Shown here: one piece after another, positions 1 through 15,127 of the stretch
Numbering within the stretch: position 1 is the stretch's first letter
Layout: each line of letters begins with the position of its first letter
NCBI GenBank assembly: GCA_049976465.1
Contig: JBMFIE010000001.1
Coordinates: forward strand, 1 to 59,207
Length of the DNA: 59,207 bases
Reading direction: 5' to 3'
From: Thiomonas sp.
Lineage (GTDB): Bacteria; Pseudomonadota; Gammaproteobacteria; Burkholderiales; Burkholderiaceae_C
The notes under the pieces: generated by a model
The model's input: only the letters and a program-made list of their open reading frames with translations
Databases searched by the model: none
Told to the model about the DNA's origin: nothing
Position numbers and translations under genes: made by a program

Positions 1-6
1 TTGTCA

Positions 7-39
7 GCCCGGGGCAAGGCGTCCAGCCTTGCCCCGGGC
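7..39. repeat. 14-bp perfect inverted repeat downstream of fur (hairpin; possible terminator or REP-like element)
   Basis: GCCCGGGGCAAGGC (7-20) / GCCTTGCCCCGGGC (26-39) with a 5-nt loop; no clear U-tract. Confidence 0.5.
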
Positions 40-101
40 CTGCGCCTTGCATCCATCCCCGCCTGGGGGCAACGCGGATGCACCAATAGCGTGAACAGGC
101 C

Positions 102-599
102 CTAGCGCGTCGTGTCCTTGGTCTCGGGCGGTTTGCCGCGTGCACCGAGCGGTGTGTGATCGGTCTTGTTGTAGTGCGGGCATTCGGCCTTCTTGGCGCA
201 GCTCGCATACAACGACAGGGAATGCTCCTGCAGTTCGAAGCCGTGTTCGGCGGCGATGTTCTTTTGCCGACGTTCGATCTCGGCGTCGTAGAACTCCACG
301 ACCCGCCCGCAGTCCAGACAGACCAGGTGGTCGTGGTGCGTGCCCTCGTTGATCTCGAACACCGATTTGCCCGACTCGAAATTGCTGCGCAGCAAAATGC
401 CCGCCTGCTCGAACTGCGTCAGCACACGGTACACCGTGGCCAGACCGATGTCCTGCTGTTCCTCGAGCAGCACGCGGTACACGTCTTCGGCGGTCATGTG
501 CCGTTGTGTGCCTTTCTGAAAAATTTCCAGAATGCGCAGCCGCGGCTGCGTGACCTTCAGACCGGTACTGCGCAAACCTTGTGCATTGCTCTGAACCAT
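102..599 (-). CDS. fur: Ferric uptake regulator Fur
   Basis: GLKVTQPRLRIL, IGLATVYRVL, HHDHLVCLDCG; start placed at MVQSN; divergent from bamE as usual. Confidence 0.95.
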   Translation of the reverse strand: MVQSNAQGLRSTGLKVTQPRLRILEIFQKGTQRHMTAEDVYRVLLEEQQDIGLATVYRVLTQFEQAGILLRSNFESGKSVFEINEGTHHDHLVCLDCGRVVEFYDAEIERRQKNIAAEHGFELQEHSLSLYASCAKKAECPHYNKTDHTPLGARGKPPETKDTTR

Positions 600-697
600 G
601 GGAAAGAAACCGCATTCAGTAGAATGCGCCGATGTTAAACGACCCCGGCCGCGTCCACCACGCGGGTATTTCGATGCGGTGTTTCCCTGCCTTGCAC

Positions 698-1330
698 ATG
701 CCCGAACCATCTGCCGCGCAGTCGTCGCCTTGCAGGATGTGGCGATCCTTGGTCGCCGCCCTGGCGCTGGCTGGCGTATCCCTGCTCGGCGGATGCAGCA
801 GCACCGTCACCCAGCATGATCTAACCGCGATTTTCAAGCCCTACCGCGCTGACGTCATCCAAGGCAATTTTGTTTCACGCGAGATGGCAGCCGAACTCAA
901 GCCCGGCATGACCAAGGAGCAGGTGCAGGCCATCATGGGCACACCGCTGCTCAAAACCATTTTCAACCAGAATCGCTGGGAATACGTGTTCAGTCTCCGG
1001 CAGGGTTACCAACCGCCGATCGTGCGGCGCTTTACCGTGTATTTCGACAAGGACGGCAAAATGATCCGCGCCGATGGCGACCCTCTGCCGTCCGAGCAGG
1101 AATTCGTCGCCCAGATCAACGCACTGCGCGACGGTGGCAAAAAACCCAAGACCCTCACTGAAGCGCAGCTTCAGGCCGAGGTCGCCGCTGCGGAAAAAAA
1201 GCTTGCGCAAACCAAGCGACCGGCTGCCGCTGCCTCTCAGCCCGGAAATCTCACACTGCTGGCGCCCCCGTCGGAAATCGCCGCGCTGCAAGCTGCGCAG
1301 CCCCCGGCATCCGCCCCGGCCGGCAACTGA
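698..1330 (+). CDS. bamE: Outer membrane protein assembly lipoprotein BamE (SmpA/OmlA)
   Basis: Lipobox LGGC; [28 protein letters not shown]; fur-bamE-dapB synteny; start may instead be 737. Confidence 0.9.
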   Translation: MPEPSAAQSSPCRMWRSLVAALALAGVSLLGGCSSTVTQHDLTAIFKPYRADVIQGNFVSREMAAELKPGMTKEQVQAIMGTPLLKTIFNQNRWEYVFSLRQGYQPPIVRRFTVYFDKDGKMIRADGDPLPSEQEFVAQINALRDGGKKPKTLTEAQLQAEVAAAEKKLAQTKRPAAAASQPGNLTLLAPPSEIAALQAAQPPASAPAGN

Positions 1331-1346
1331 ATCTCGCGCAAGTCCG

Positions 1347-2168
1347 ATGAGCACACCGAACGAGACGCACCGCATTGCCATTGCCGGCGCCAGTGGGCGC
1401 ATGGGCCGCACCCTGATCGAGGCCGTGCTGGCCGCGCCCGACTGCAGCCTCAGCGCCGCACTGGACATGCCCGGCAGCCCGGCATTGGGGCAGGATGCCG
1501 GGGCTTTTGCCGGGGTGCACACCGGCGTGCCCATCCGCTCCGATCTGCATGCCGCGCTGCAGCACGCGCGCTACTTCATCGATTTCACCCGACCCGAAGG
1601 CACGCTGGCACATCTGGCCGCGTGCGAGGCGGCGGGCGTGGCCATGGTCATCGGTACCACGGGTTTCAATGATGCGCAGCTGGCGCGCATCCACGCCGCG
1701 TCGCAGCGCATCGCCATTGTCATGGCGCCCAATATGAGCATTGGCGTCAATGTGGTGTTCAAGCTGCTGGAGCATGCCGCACGCGCGCTGGCACAGGGCT
1801 ATGACATCGAGATCATCGAGGCGCATCATCGCCACAAGGTGGACGCGCCGTCAGGCACCGCGCTGAAAATGGGCGAAATCGTCGCGACCGCGCTGGGCCG
1901 TGACCTGAAGCAATGCGCGGTCTACGGCCGCGAAGGGGTGACCGGCGAGCGCGATCCGTCGACCATCGGTTTTGCCACGGTGCGCGGCGGCGATATCGTG
2001 GGCGATCACACCGTGCTGTTTGCCGGCACCGGCGAGCGTATCGAAATCACCCACCGATCGAACAGCCGCGCCACGTATGCCCAGGGCAGCCTGCGCGCCG
2101 TGCGCTTTCTCGCGACCAAATCCCACGGCCTGTTCGACATGCAGGACGTGCTGGGCCTCAAGGGCTGA
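1347..2168 (+). CDS. dapB: 4-hydroxy-tetrahydrodipicolinate reductase
   Basis: [33 protein letters not shown]. Confidence 0.97.
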   Translation: MSTPNETHRIAIAGASGRMGRTLIEAVLAAPDCSLSAALDMPGSPALGQDAGAFAGVHTGVPIRSDLHAALQHARYFIDFTRPEGTLAHLAACEAAGVAMVIGTTGFNDAQLARIHAASQRIAIVMAPNMSIGVNVVFKLLEHAARALAQGYDIEIIEAHHRHKVDAPSGTALKMGEIVATALGRDLKQCAVYGREGVTGERDPSTIGFATVRGGDIVGDHTVLFAGTGERIEITHRSNSRATYAQGSLRAVRFLATKSHGLFDMQDVLGLKG

Positions 2169-2176
2169 CAGAGCGC

Positions 2177-2824
2177 ATGGCGGGATTGGCCCAGTTCTGG
2201 CATCAGGGCGATGCGCTCAGCCATCTGGTTGCGTTGGTCTTGCTAGCCATGTCGATGGCGAGCTGGTTCGTCATTCTGTGGAAAACCGCGTTGTTGTGGC
2301 GCGCTGTGCACCGCGTGCCGGCAGGCATTGCCGCTTACTGGGCTGCCGAGTCGCCGCAGCAGGCCACTGCCGCAGCACAGGCAGCCGACCCGGGCGGCCT
2401 GTCCAGCCTGCTGGCCGAAACCGCATCCCGTCTGGCCCATGCGGACACCGCGCACCGCTGGCAATCGCACGCGGACCGGGTCACCCGCGAATTGCGTGAG
2501 GCGCTGCAGCTCGCCCAGCGACGGCTGCAGGCCGGGCATGTGCTGCTGGCCAGCGTGGGCAGTACCGCGCCGTTCGTCGGCCTGTTTGGTACGGTTTGGG
2601 GCATCTACCACGCGCTGGCTGCAATCGCCGGAAGCGGCCAGATCAGTGTGGACAAGGTGGCAGGTCCCGTGGGAGAAACGCTCATCATGACCGCCGCCGG
2701 TCTGGCCGTGGCGATTCCCGCCGTGCTGGCCTACAACGCGCTGAACAAGCGCGCGCGCCGGGTGCAAGGTGCGCTCGAGGGCTTTGCCCACGATCTGCAG
2801 CGCCTGCTGACCTTGCAATCCTGA
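2177..2824 (+). CDS. exbB: MotA/TolQ/ExbB proton channel family protein
   Basis: STAPFVGLFGTVWGI, TAAGLAVAIPA. Confidence 0.9.
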   Translation: MAGLAQFWHQGDALSHLVALVLLAMSMASWFVILWKTALLWRAVHRVPAGIAAYWAAESPQQATAAAQAADPGGLSSLLAETASRLAHADTAHRWQSHADRVTRELREALQLAQRRLQAGHVLLASVGSTAPFVGLFGTVWGIYHALAAIAGSGQISVDKVAGPVGETLIMTAAGLAVAIPAVLAYNALNKRARRVQGALEGFAHDLQRLLTLQS

Positions 2825-2837
2825 GGGACGACGCGCC

Positions 2838-3275
2838 ATGAGCTTCGGCAGTTTCGAGTCGCAAGAGCCGGGCGAAGCGATGAGCGACATCAACATGACG
2901 CCGCTGATCGACGTCATGCTGGTGCTGCTGGTGATTTTCATCATCACCGCGCCGCTGCTCACCGGCAGCCTGCAGCTCGATCTGCCCAAGGTCGATGCGC
3001 CCGCAGCGCGACAAACACCCGATGTGCTGCGCGTGGGCTTGCGCAAGGACGGGCAGCTTTTTCTCGCCGACAAACCCATCACCCTGGACGCACTCAAAGC
3101 CCGATTTGCAGCCAGTGCGCAGCAGTCGGGTAAAACGGAAGTTCACATCAGCGCCGATGCTGCAGTGCCCTATGGCGATGTCGCCCAAGTAATGGGAGCG
3201 GCACAGGCGGCTGGGCTCAGCCGCATCGGGCTGATCACCCAACCACCCACCGGCGCGGCTTCGACGCCGCGGTAA
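2838..3275 (+). CDS. exbD: ExbD/TolR biopolymer transport protein
   Basis: DINMTPLIDVMLVLLVIFII, ADAAVPYG. Confidence 0.92.
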   Translation: MSFGSFESQEPGEAMSDINMTPLIDVMLVLLVIFIITAPLLTGSLQLDLPKVDAPAARQTPDVLRVGLRKDGQLFLADKPITLDALKARFAASAQQSGKTEVHISADAAVPYGDVAQVMGAAQAAGLSRIGLITQPPTGAASTPR

Positions 3276-3284
3276 TGCCCCGGA

Positions 3285-3641
3285 CTATTTGAATTTGTAG
3301 TAGGTCTGGTTGAGGTAGGCGGCGATGTCCTTGACTTCTTCCGGAAACAGGTCGTGGTTGAGCTGGGTGACGCACATCTGCGTGAACGCCAGCAGTTGCT
3401 TGGGGTTGTGCACCTTGCGGTCTGCGCGGGTGTACATCGCGGAGGTCGAGCCCATCATGCGCTCGGCATGGCAGGCAGCACATTTGAGCTCGGTGTAGAG
3501 CTGCTGGCCTTTGGCCAGGTTGGCGCCCTGGAATTCCTGCGGCATCGGGTCCGCAGCCTGCGCCATCGACGCCAAGGTGAACAGGCCAAGCGCTGCGCCG
3601 CAGGCAGCGATGCGCCGCATCAGATACATGGAAATTGCCAT
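3285..3641 (-). CDS. Periplasmic monoheme cytochrome c (resembles His/Cys-ligated green-heme-protein type)
   Basis: Signal peptide ending AQA, CAACH heme motif, extra distal Cys in QMCV; GGAGA RBS upstream. Confidence 0.8.
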   Translation of the reverse strand: MAISMYLMRRIAACGAALGLFTLASMAQAADPMPQEFQGANLAKGQQLYTELKCAACHAERMMGSTSAMYTRADRKVHNPKQLLAFTQMCVTQLNHDLFPEEVKDIAAYLNQTYYKFK

Positions 3642-3811
3642 GGATGTCTCCCGAGTCGTTGTGCGTGCAGTGTGCAGGCGAGTCTGCAGGGTTGTCCACC
3701 ACGTCAGGCAACACCCCTGCACGGTTCAGGGGTTCCTCACGACCGCGCGTGATGTGCAGACAACGCCCCGCGATGCTGCCCAGGGCGCAGCCCAACAGCC
3801 CCGACTCGAAC

Positions 3812-7494
<3,683 letters not shown>

Positions 7495-7754
7495 TCTTTT
7501 ATTCCTTCATTCAGGATAGGACTGATAGTAAGGGGTGGCCTGCGCTGTGGATAAGACAAAAATCGCTGTGGCCTTGCGCACCAAAGCGGGGTCGATCGCT
7601 GTGGACAACTGAGCTGTGACACAAGGATGGTTTGGAACAAGTTGCGCAGCGGCTGCGCACGGCAAGGGTTGTTCAGAATCTCTCCACATGCTGTGCAAGG
7701 ACTTGTTCCTGTGCCGGGTCGGGATGGGCTGCGCAGCGGGGGCCAAGTCGTGGA
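7495..7754. other. Probable chromosomal replication origin (oriC), dnaA-dnaN intergenic region
   Basis: Perfect DnaA box TGTGGATAA 7546-7554, 1-mismatch TGTGGACAA 7600-7608, weaker boxes at 7680 and 7749, next to an AT-richer stretch before dnaN. Confidence 0.75.
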
Positions 7755-9197
7755 TCAGCCCTTCAAGGTTTGCTCGAGCACGTGCAATTGCTGGTTGAGT
7801 TCCTGCAGCTTGGTGCGCTCCAGACTGATCTTGCGCACTGCGTGCAGCACCGTGGTGTGATCGCGCCCACCGAACAGCTCGCCGATCTCGGGCAGGCTTT
7901 TGTGCGTGAGTTCCTTGGCCAGATACATGGCGATCTGCCTTGGGCGGGCGATGCTGGCCGGGCGCTTCTTGGAATACATGTCAGCCACCTTGATCTTGTA
8001 GAAGTCGGCGACGGTTTTCTGGATGTTTTCGACCGACACCTGACGGTTCTGCAGCGACAGCAGGTCTTTGAGCGCTTCTTTGGCCAGGCCGATGGTGATG
8101 TCCTGGCCGCTGAACCGGGCATAGGCCAGGATTTTGCGCAGCGCGCCTTCGAGCTCACGCACATTGGAGCGCACATTCTTGGCAACGAAAAAAGCCACCT
8201 CTTCGGGCAGCGGCATGAGTTCGGCCTCGGCTTTGCGCAGCAAAATGGCCACGCGCATCTCCAGCTCGGGAGGCTCGATCGCCACGGTCAGACCGGAGTC
8301 GAATCGCGACACCAGGCGCTGATCCATTTCGCGCAATTCCTTGGGATAGGTGTCGCTGGTGAGAATGATTTGCGAGCGCTTGGTGATCAGCGCCTCGAAG
8401 GCGTAGAAGAACTCCTCCTGTGTCTTGTCCTTGCCGGCAAAGAACTGCACGTCGTCGATCAGCAACAGATCGAGCGAGTGGTAGTAGCGCTTGAACTCCT
8501 CGAAGGCCTTGCGCTGGTAGGCACGCACGACTTCGCTGACGAACTGTTCGGCTTGCAGATAGCGGATGCGCGCGCCGGGCTGCTGCGCCAATAGCGCGTT
8601 GCCGACGGCGTGCATCAAGTGCGTCTTGCCCAGCCCCACCCCGCCGTAGATGAACAGCGGGTTGTACGAGCGACCTGGATTTTCCGCGACCTGGATCGCC
8701 GCGGCGCGCGCCAGCTGGTTGGCCTTGCCGGTGACCAGAGTCTCGAAACTGAGCATCGGATTGAGCCGCGAGCGTTCGAGCGCGTCGGCTTCCATCGCGT
8801 CTTTTTGCGTCTGCGCGGCCTGCAGGTCCGGCGATGCGGCAGTGGTCTGCCTGTCGGCCGTGCCTGCGGTCTGCGCTGCCGTGACATGGTCGAGCGTCTG
8901 CGGCAGAACCTGGCCGTCGGTGCGCCCAGGGGCTGCGCGCGGCGGGTTTTTTTGCACGACAAAATCGACCTGGACCGGATGACCGATGACCGCGCTGAGC
9001 GATTCGGCGATGCGCGCAGCGTACTGCGCGCGCAGCCAGTCGAGCTTGAAGCGGTTGGGGACTTGCAGCACTGCTGTGCTGCCGTCCTCGCTCCACAGCG
9101 GAGCGGGCAAGGGCTTGATCCACGCAGCAAACTGTTGTTCGGGAATGACTGTCGCCAGCTTGGCGCAGCATTGCTGCCAGGAAGTATCGTGAGTCAT
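7755..9197 (-). CDS. dnaA: Chromosomal replication initiator DnaA
   Basis: [36 protein letters not shown]; start placed at MTHDTSW. Confidence 0.98.
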   Translation of the reverse strand: MTHDTSWQQCCAKLATVIPEQQFAAWIKPLPAPLWSEDGSTAVLQVPNRFKLDWLRAQYAARIAESLSAVIGHPVQVDFVVQKNPPRAAPGRTDGQVLPQTLDHVTAAQTAGTADRQTTAASPDLQAAQTQKDAMEADALERSRLNPMLSFETLVTGKANQLARAAAIQVAENPGRSYNPLFIYGGVGLGKTHLMHAVGNALLAQQPGARIRYLQAEQFVSEVVRAYQRKAFEEFKRYYHSLDLLLIDDVQFFAGKDKTQEEFFYAFEALITKRSQIILTSDTYPKELREMDQRLVSRFDSGLTVAIEPPELEMRVAILLRKAEAELMPLPEEVAFFVAKNVRSNVRELEGALRKILAYARFSGQDITIGLAKEALKDLLSLQNRQVSVENIQKTVADFYKIKVADMYSKKRPASIARPRQIAMYLAKELTHKSLPEIGELFGGRDHTTVLHAVRKISLERTKLQELNQQLHVLEQTLKG

Positions 9198-9341
9198 GCG
9201 GGAAATGGGGATGAATACAGACCGTGGAATGCGGTGACCCAGGGTCACGCTCGCCCGGCGGCTGAGCACGCGCGGCACGCGTCGCACGTCCTGCCGAGGA
9301 TGGACCCGGTCGGATGGGGCAGTTTAACTCTGCACGCCAAG

Positions 9342-9350
9342 TTATCCACA
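9342..9350 (+). promoter_or_regulatory. DnaA box upstream of dnaA (autoregulation or split origin)
   Basis: Perfect TTATCCACA. Confidence 0.85.
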
Positions 9351-9438
9351 AGCGGGTGTTGGCGCCAGCGGCGGGGCAGCGCGACGCAGCCGCAAAGCCG
9401 TCCGTTGGGTTGGCAGTGACGGGGAAATGCCTCAAAAA

Positions 9439-9467
9439 TTGACAAAACGCGCGTACATGAGTCCAAT
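9439..9467 (+). promoter_or_regulatory. Sigma70 promoter for the rpmH operon
   Basis: TTGACA-17 nt-TCCAAT. Confidence 0.55.
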
Positions 9468-9642
9468 AGAGGGCTTTTTCCGTTGCGCTTTGCAGCGGTA
9501 GAGCGTGGCAGCTCGGTTTCCTGCTGCACATCACTGGTGCAGTTTTGCCGATACCCCGCCCGTTGCGTTGAGCGCTTCGCAGCCGGGGGCCGAGATGGTT
9601 GCGGATTTGGCTGTAGCGCACAACCCTTGACAAGGTGAGATC

Positions 9643-9777
9643 ATGAAACGTACTTATCAACCCTCGAAGACCCGCCGCCAGCGTACGCATGGCTTTTTGG
9701 TGCGCATGAAGACCCGTGGTGGCCGTGCCGTGATCAATGCGCGCCGCGCCAAGGGCCGCAAGCGCCTGGCTGTCTGA
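9643..9777 (+). CDS. rpmH: 50S ribosomal protein L34 (not in ORF track)
   Basis: Manual translation [44 protein letters not shown]. Confidence 0.98.
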   Translation: MKRTYQPSKTRRQRTHGFLVRMKTRGGRAVINARRAKGRKRLAV

Positions 9778-9874
9778 AGCAGTCTGTGAAGTCCCGCGGT
9801 TGCGCGCGACGCGGCACGGTTGGCGCAGACCGGCTTGACCTGCTGAAGCGCTGCGCGCCCTGCGCCCAACAGCC

Positions 9875-10294
9875 TTGAAATTCGCCATGCTGCGGCAACC
9901 CGACGCGTTTGCCGCGTGTTTTTCTGCACCCTTCATTCAGCAGGCGGAGTTCCGGCTGCATTTCCGCGCGGCACCCAATGAGTGGAATTTTCCGCAGGAA
10001 GGGCAGCCGCAGTGCTGGCTGGGGCTGGTCGTTCCCAAAAAATTTTGCAAGCCGGCAGTGCGGCGCAATCTAATCAAGCGGGTGATGCGTCAGGCGCTGC
10101 GTGAACTCGACCTGCCGCAAGGCGCGGTGCTGAAGGCGCCGGTGTTGATGCTGCGTCTGACCCGCAAGCTGCCAGCCGAGTTTCGCAGCGCGCGCTCTGC
10201 CGCGTTGCTGGCGTATGTGCGGCAGGCAGTGAACGCCTTGCTCGCATCCTGGGTCGAACGCACGGTCGACGTCTTGCCGCTTGGTCCGGCATGA
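9875..10294 (+). CDS. rnpA: Ribonuclease P protein component
   Basis: LGLVVPKK..K.AVRRNLIKR motif; position after rpmH; start uncertain. Confidence 0.88.
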   Translation: MKFAMLRQPDAFAACFSAPFIQQAEFRLHFRAAPNEWNFPQEGQPQCWLGLVVPKKFCKPAVRRNLIKRVMRQALRELDLPQGAVLKAPVLMLRLTRKLPAEFRSARSAALLAYVRQAVNALLASWVERTVDVLPLGPA

Positions 10295-10698
10295 AGCGCT
10301 TGTTAATCGCTCTGGTCCGCCTGTACCGGGCGCTGCTCAGCCCCTGGGTGGGCGGGCAGTGCCGTTTTTATCCCACCTGTTCTGCATACACCATCGAGGC
10401 GCTCGACCGGCACGGCGCCGCAGCCGGCAGCTATCTCGGGGCGATGCGCATTCTGCGTTGTCATCCCTGGTGCGAGGGAGGACATGATCCGGTACCGCAG
10501 CGCTTCACCTGGGCGCCGTGGCGGCGGGCGCAGGCAGAGGCAGCCGACCATCCCGCTGCGCCGAACCCATTCGTGCAGACGCCGGTCACCGAGCCCATGC
10601 ACAATAACGCGTCTTCACCGGAAGAGCCGGCCCAGGGTGCCACACCGCAAGCCTGCGCGCCGTCGTTGCCACCTCGGCCTCCCGCGTCCATGCCCTGA
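10291..10698 (+). CDS. yidD: Membrane protein insertion efficiency factor YidD
   Basis: CRFYPTCSAY, RILRCHPW..GGHDPVP; Pro/Ala-rich tail. Confidence 0.93.
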   Translation: MKRLLIALVRLYRALLSPWVGGQCRFYPTCSAYTIEALDRHGAAAGSYLGAMRILRCHPWCEGGHDPVPQRFTWAPWRRAQAEAADHPAAPNPFVQTPVTEPMHNNASSPEEPAQGATPQACAPSLPPRPPASMP

Positions 10699-10745
10699 GC
10701 CGCGCTCGGGCCGCTTCGCTACACGATCAACCACAGGATTTGCGT

Positions 10746-12437
10746 ATGGATCTCCGTCGTTCGGTGCTCTGGGTGGTCTTCACCATGTCGATGATTTTTC
10801 TGTACAACGCCTGGCTGCGCTACAACGGCCAGACGGATTTGTTCGGCACACCCCCGGCGCATCCTGCACATGTGGCCAGTGCACCGGCCAGCGCCGTGCC
10901 GCCGGTCGCCTCCGGCACTGCAGCGCTGCCTGGCGCTGCGCCAACAGCAACGCCAGCGGCCCCGACGACCGCCACTGCTGCAACGCCTGCAGCGCAGCTC
11001 GTCTCCATCCAGACCGATCTGATGGACCTGAAGATTTCCTCGCGCGGTGGCAATCTGGTGTACGCCAAGCTGCTCAAGTACGACAGCCGCACCGAACCTG
11101 GCAAGAACGTGGTGTTGTTCGACGACACGCCCAACAACAAATACATGGCGCAGTCCGGGCTGATTGGCGGGGATTTTCCAAACCACGAAACCGAAATGAC
11201 CGTGCTGCCCGGCCCGCGCAGCATGGGGGATGCCAAGACCCTGCAGGTCAAGCTGGTGTCTCCCGATCTGGGCGGTGTTCGTCTCGAGCGCACCTACACC
11301 TTTACCCGCGGCAGTTATGTGGTGGATGTGCGCAACACCATTACCAATACCGGGAGCGCCCCGGTGAGCCCGCAGCTCTACATGCAGATCGTGCGCGACG
11401 GCAACACGCCGCCGGGGGATGAGTCGCACTTCTATCACACCTTTACCGGACCGGCGTATTACGACAACACCGACAAGTTCCAGAAGTTCGAATTCAAGGA
11501 TCTCAAGACCGATGTGGTGCCGAAAAAAGCCGACAGCGGCTGGGTGGCGATGATTCAGCATTACTTCGTCTCCGCCTGGATTCCGCAGCCGTACGAGGGC
11601 CCGCGGGATCTATACGCACGCAAGCTTGGCGACAATCTCTACGCGGTCGGTGTGATCCAGCCGCTGCCGCGCATCGCCCCGGGCAAGACAGTCACTGCCG
11701 ACGCCAAGCTGTTCGTCGGTCCCGAGCTGGAAAGTACCCTGGCTGCCCTTGCGCCCGGGCTCGAGCTGGTGAAAGACTATGGCTGGGTGACCATTCTGGC
11801 CAAACCGATTTTCTGGCTGCTCGAGCTCATCCACCGCGTGGTGCAGAACTGGGGCTGGTCCATCATCGTGCTGACCCTGCTGATCAAACTGGCGTTTTTC
11901 CCGCTGACCGCGGCGAGCTACAAAAGCATGGCGCGGATGAAGGCGATCGCCCCGCGCATCAATGCGCTGCGCGAGGCCTACAAGGACGACCAGGCGAAGA
12001 TGAACCAGGCCATGGTCGAGCTCTACCGCAAGGAAAAGATCAACCCGCTGGGTGGCTGCCTGCCGATCGTGATCCAGATCCCGGTGTTCATCGCGTTGTA
12101 CTGGGTGTTGCTGTCCAGTGTGGAATTGCGCGGCGCGCCGTGGATTTTGTGGATCCACGACCTGTCGGCCAAAGACCCGTACTACATCCTGCCTGCCATC
12201 ATGACCGCCACTTCCTTCCTGCAGGTCAAGCTCAACCCGACGCCGCCAGACCCGATGCAGGCGCGGCTGATGTGGATCATGCCCGCGGCGTTTTCGATCA
12301 TGTTCTTTTTCTTCCCCGCCGGTCTGGTGCTGTACTGGCTGACCAACAACACCACATCGATCCTGCAGCAGTGGTTCATCAACAAAAAAATGGGCGTGGG
12401 CGTGCTGAGCGATACCCCGGCGAAGCCAGCGCAATAA
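10746..12437 (+). CDS. yidC: Membrane protein insertase YidC
   Basis: [35 protein letters not shown]. Confidence 0.97.
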   Translation: MDLRRSVLWVVFTMSMIFLYNAWLRYNGQTDLFGTPPAHPAHVASAPASAVPPVASGTAALPGAAPTATPAAPTTATAATPAAQLVSIQTDLMDLKISSRGGNLVYAKLLKYDSRTEPGKNVVLFDDTPNNKYMAQSGLIGGDFPNHETEMTVLPGPRSMGDAKTLQVKLVSPDLGGVRLERTYTFTRGSYVVDVRNTITNTGSAPVSPQLYMQIVRDGNTPPGDESHFYHTFTGPAYYDNTDKFQKFEFKDLKTDVVPKKADSGWVAMIQHYFVSAWIPQPYEGPRDLYARKLGDNLYAVGVIQPLPRIAPGKTVTADAKLFVGPELESTLAALAPGLELVKDYGWVTILAKPIFWLLELIHRVVQNWGWSIIVLTLLIKLAFFPLTAASYKSMARMKAIAPRINALREAYKDDQAKMNQAMVELYRKEKINPLGGCLPIVIQIPVFIALYWVLLSSVELRGAPWILWIHDLSAKDPYYILPAIMTATSFLQVKLNPTPPDPMQARLMWIMPAAFSIMFFFFPAGLVLYWLTNNTTSILQQWFINKKMGVGVLSDTPAKPAQ

Positions 12438-12456
12438 GGCCCGGCCGGATGCGGCG

Positions 12457-13875
12457 ATGAACCCCTTGGCGCAGGACGCCGACCCGGTGGTGGCCATCGC
12501 CACGGCACCTGGGCGCGGTGCCGTGGGGATCGTGCGGGTTTCGGGCAAGTCGCTGGGCGCACTGGCCCGCGCGGTCACCGGGCGCGAACTCCGCCCGCGG
12601 CATGCCACCTACCTGCCGATCCCCGATGGGCGCGGCGGCATTCTCGATCAGGGGCTGGCGCTGTATTTCCCCGCGCCGCACTCGTACACCGGGGAGGACG
12701 TGCTCGAACTGCAGATTCACGGCGGTCCGGTGGTGTTGCAGCTGCTGCTGGCCCGGCTGCTCGAACTGGGCCGCGACATGCGGCTGCGCGTGGCGCAGCC
12801 CGGCGAATTCACCCGGCGTGCGTTTCTCAACGGCAAGCTCGATCTGGCGCAGGCCGAGAGCGTGGCCGATCTGATCGATGCCAGCACCGAAGCGGCCGCG
12901 CGCAGCGCGACGCGGGCGCTGGCCGGTGCGCTGTCTGGCGCGGTGCATGGTCTGGCTGCGCAGCTGGTTGAGCTGCGCATGCTGGTCGAGGCCACGCTGG
13001 ATTTTCCTGAAGAAGACATCGACTTTGTGCACCAGACCCAGGTGCAGCAAAAGCTGCACGCTCTGCAGCAGTCGTTGGCGCAGGTGCAGGCCAAGACCCG
13101 TCAAGGTGCGCTGCTGCGCGAAGGTCTCAACGTGGTGCTGGCCGGCCAGCCCAATGTGGGCAAGAGCTCGCTGCTCAACGCGCTGGCTGGGGCTGAGCTG
13201 GCCATCGTCACCCCGATTCCCGGCACCACGCGCGACAAGGTCAGCCAGACCATCCAGATCGAGGGCGTGCCGCTGCACATCGTCGACACCGCGGGTTTGC
13301 GCGATAGCAGCGACGCGGTCGAGCGCATCGGCGTGGCGCGCAGCTGGGAGGCGATTTCCGCCGCGGACCTGGTGCTGTTCCTGCACGACCTCACCCGGCT
13401 GCAGTCCCCGGACTACGGCCTGGCCGAGGCCGAGATCGCGCGTAGCCTGCCTGCAGGGGTGCGTGTGCTGCATGTGTTCAACAAGTGCGACAGCGTCGAC
13501 CCGCAGCAGGTCGCGCCGCAGGTGGCGCACGCCTGGTCGCAGTGGGGGCTGCAACCGGACACCGGGGTGTGGATTTCCGCCGCGCATGGCCAAGGCCTGC
13601 ACGAGCTGCGCAAGGCTCTGCTGCACAGGGCCGGAGCGCAGCAGGGGGCCGAAGGCGTGTTCATCGCGCGGCAGCGTCATGTGCAGGCGCTCGAGCAGAC
13701 GCGCTGTCATCTCGATCAGGCCGTGGAACTGCTCGCCCTCGACGTGGGCGCACCGCTGGATCTGGTTGCCGAAGAATTGCGCCTGGCGCATCAGGCGCTG
13801 ATGACCATCACCGGGCAGTACACCACGGAAGATTTGCTCGGGGCGATTTTTTCCAGCTTCTGCATCGGCAAGTGA
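12457..13875 (+). CDS. mnmE: tRNA modification GTPase MnmE
   Basis: [19 protein letters not shown]-terminal FCIGK. Confidence 0.97.
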   Translation: MNPLAQDADPVVAIATAPGRGAVGIVRVSGKSLGALARAVTGRELRPRHATYLPIPDGRGGILDQGLALYFPAPHSYTGEDVLELQIHGGPVVLQLLLARLLELGRDMRLRVAQPGEFTRRAFLNGKLDLAQAESVADLIDASTEAAARSATRALAGALSGAVHGLAAQLVELRMLVEATLDFPEEDIDFVHQTQVQQKLHALQQSLAQVQAKTRQGALLREGLNVVLAGQPNVGKSSLLNALAGAELAIVTPIPGTTRDKVSQTIQIEGVPLHIVDTAGLRDSSDAVERIGVARSWEAISAADLVLFLHDLTRLQSPDYGLAEAEIARSLPAGVRVLHVFNKCDSVDPQQVAPQVAHAWSQWGLQPDTGVWISAAHGQGLHELRKALLHRAGAQQGAEGVFIARQRHVQALEQTRCHLDQAVELLALDVGAPLDLVAEELRLAHQALMTITGQYTTEDLLGAIFSSFCIGK

Positions 13876-13885
13876 AAAAGCGCAC

Positions 13886-14896
13886 TCAGCTACGCCGCAG
13901 CGCCAGTGCCTGTGCGTTGAGAATGCCGCTGTAGTCTCCTGCGGCAAATTGGGTGATGGTGCGGAAGGCCTGCGCGAACATGGCTTCGTAGTGCTGCTGC
14001 TCGACAAAACCGATGTGTGGGGTGCAGATGGCGTTTTCCAGCCGCAGCAGCGGATGGCCCTGCAGGATGGGCTCGGACTCGAACACGTCCACTGCGGCCA
14101 GACCCGGGCGGCCACGGTTGAGCGCAGCGACCAGGGCGTCGGGCGCGAGCAGCTCCGGCCGGGCGGTGTTGACCAGCAATGCCGTGGGCTGCATCTGTGA
14201 CAGATCGGTCAGGGTGATGAGACCGCGCGTGGTCTCGGTCAGGCGCAAGTGCAGGCTGAGCACGTCGCTGGTGGCAAACAGTTCTTCACGCGAGGTGCAG
14301 GCACGCAGCCCGTGCTCGACCGCCAGCGCGCGTGACTGCGCGCTGCCCCAGACCTGCACTTGCATGTCGAACGCCTGCCCGTAGCGCGCCACCCGCTGGC
14401 CGATGCGGCCATAGCCCCAGATGCCCAGCGTCTTGCCGGCCAGGCGTTGTCCCAGGCCGAAGTTGGGCGGCATGGACTGCGATTTCAGCCCCGCCTGTTG
14501 CCAGGCGCCGTGCTTGAGACTGGCGATGTATTGCGGCAGGCGGCGCATTGCGGCCAGCACCAGCGCCCAGGTGAGCTCGGCGGTCACGCCGGGGTCGGTC
14601 TGGCCTTCGGCCACCGCGATGCCCAGATCGGTGCAGGCCTGCACATCGACATGCGGGCCGATGCGGCCGGCCTGCACGACCAGCTGCAGTTTCGGACATT
14701 TTTCCAGCAACTGCCGCGACAGCGTGGTGCGCTCGCCGATCAGGACCAGCGCCTGCGTGTCGCGCAGGCGCACGCTGAGCTGCCCGACGCCCTTGACGGT
14801 GTTGTTGAAAATCTTCAGATCGTGACCCTGCAGTTGCTGGGCGCAGTCGAGCTTGCGCACCGCATCCTGGTAGTCGTCGAGCACGGTGATTTGCAT
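13886..14896 (-). CDS. D-2-hydroxyacid dehydrogenase family protein
   Basis: LDDYQ, GYGRIG, LVNTAR, DVFESEP, TPHIG. Confidence 0.9.
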   Translation of the reverse strand: MQITVLDDYQDAVRKLDCAQQLQGHDLKIFNNTVKGVGQLSVRLRDTQALVLIGERTTLSRQLLEKCPKLQLVVQAGRIGPHVDVQACTDLGIAVAEGQTDPGVTAELTWALVLAAMRRLPQYIASLKHGAWQQAGLKSQSMPPNFGLGQRLAGKTLGIWGYGRIGQRVARYGQAFDMQVQVWGSAQSRALAVEHGLRACTSREELFATSDVLSLHLRLTETTRGLITLTDLSQMQPTALLVNTARPELLAPDALVAALNRGRPGLAAVDVFESEPILQGHPLLRLENAICTPHIGFVEQQHYEAMFAQAFRTITQFAAGDYSGILNAQALALRRS

Positions 14897-15127
14897 GGAA
14901 GTCGGTTCAGGCGGATGCGAAGCCGGTCAGTGTAGGCCCTCGTCCGGGTGTGCGAAATGCACGCGCCGCACGCTGGCTTGGTAGAGACCCGATCAGGATT
15001 TTCCCGATTTTGCTGCAGTGCAGCTTGCTACGGCGTGGAATGGCGCAATATAAGTTCTGCTTGATATGCACCGGTCTGCTGCCCGGTCACGTTGGCGTGC
15101 AGTGGGTCAGACGACATGGAGGCTGCA

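Noticed and set aside
871-886. parS-like TGTTTCACGCGAGATG inside bamE
   Set aside because: Only 12/16 match, the right half is broken, and it is explained by coding sequence (FVSREM).
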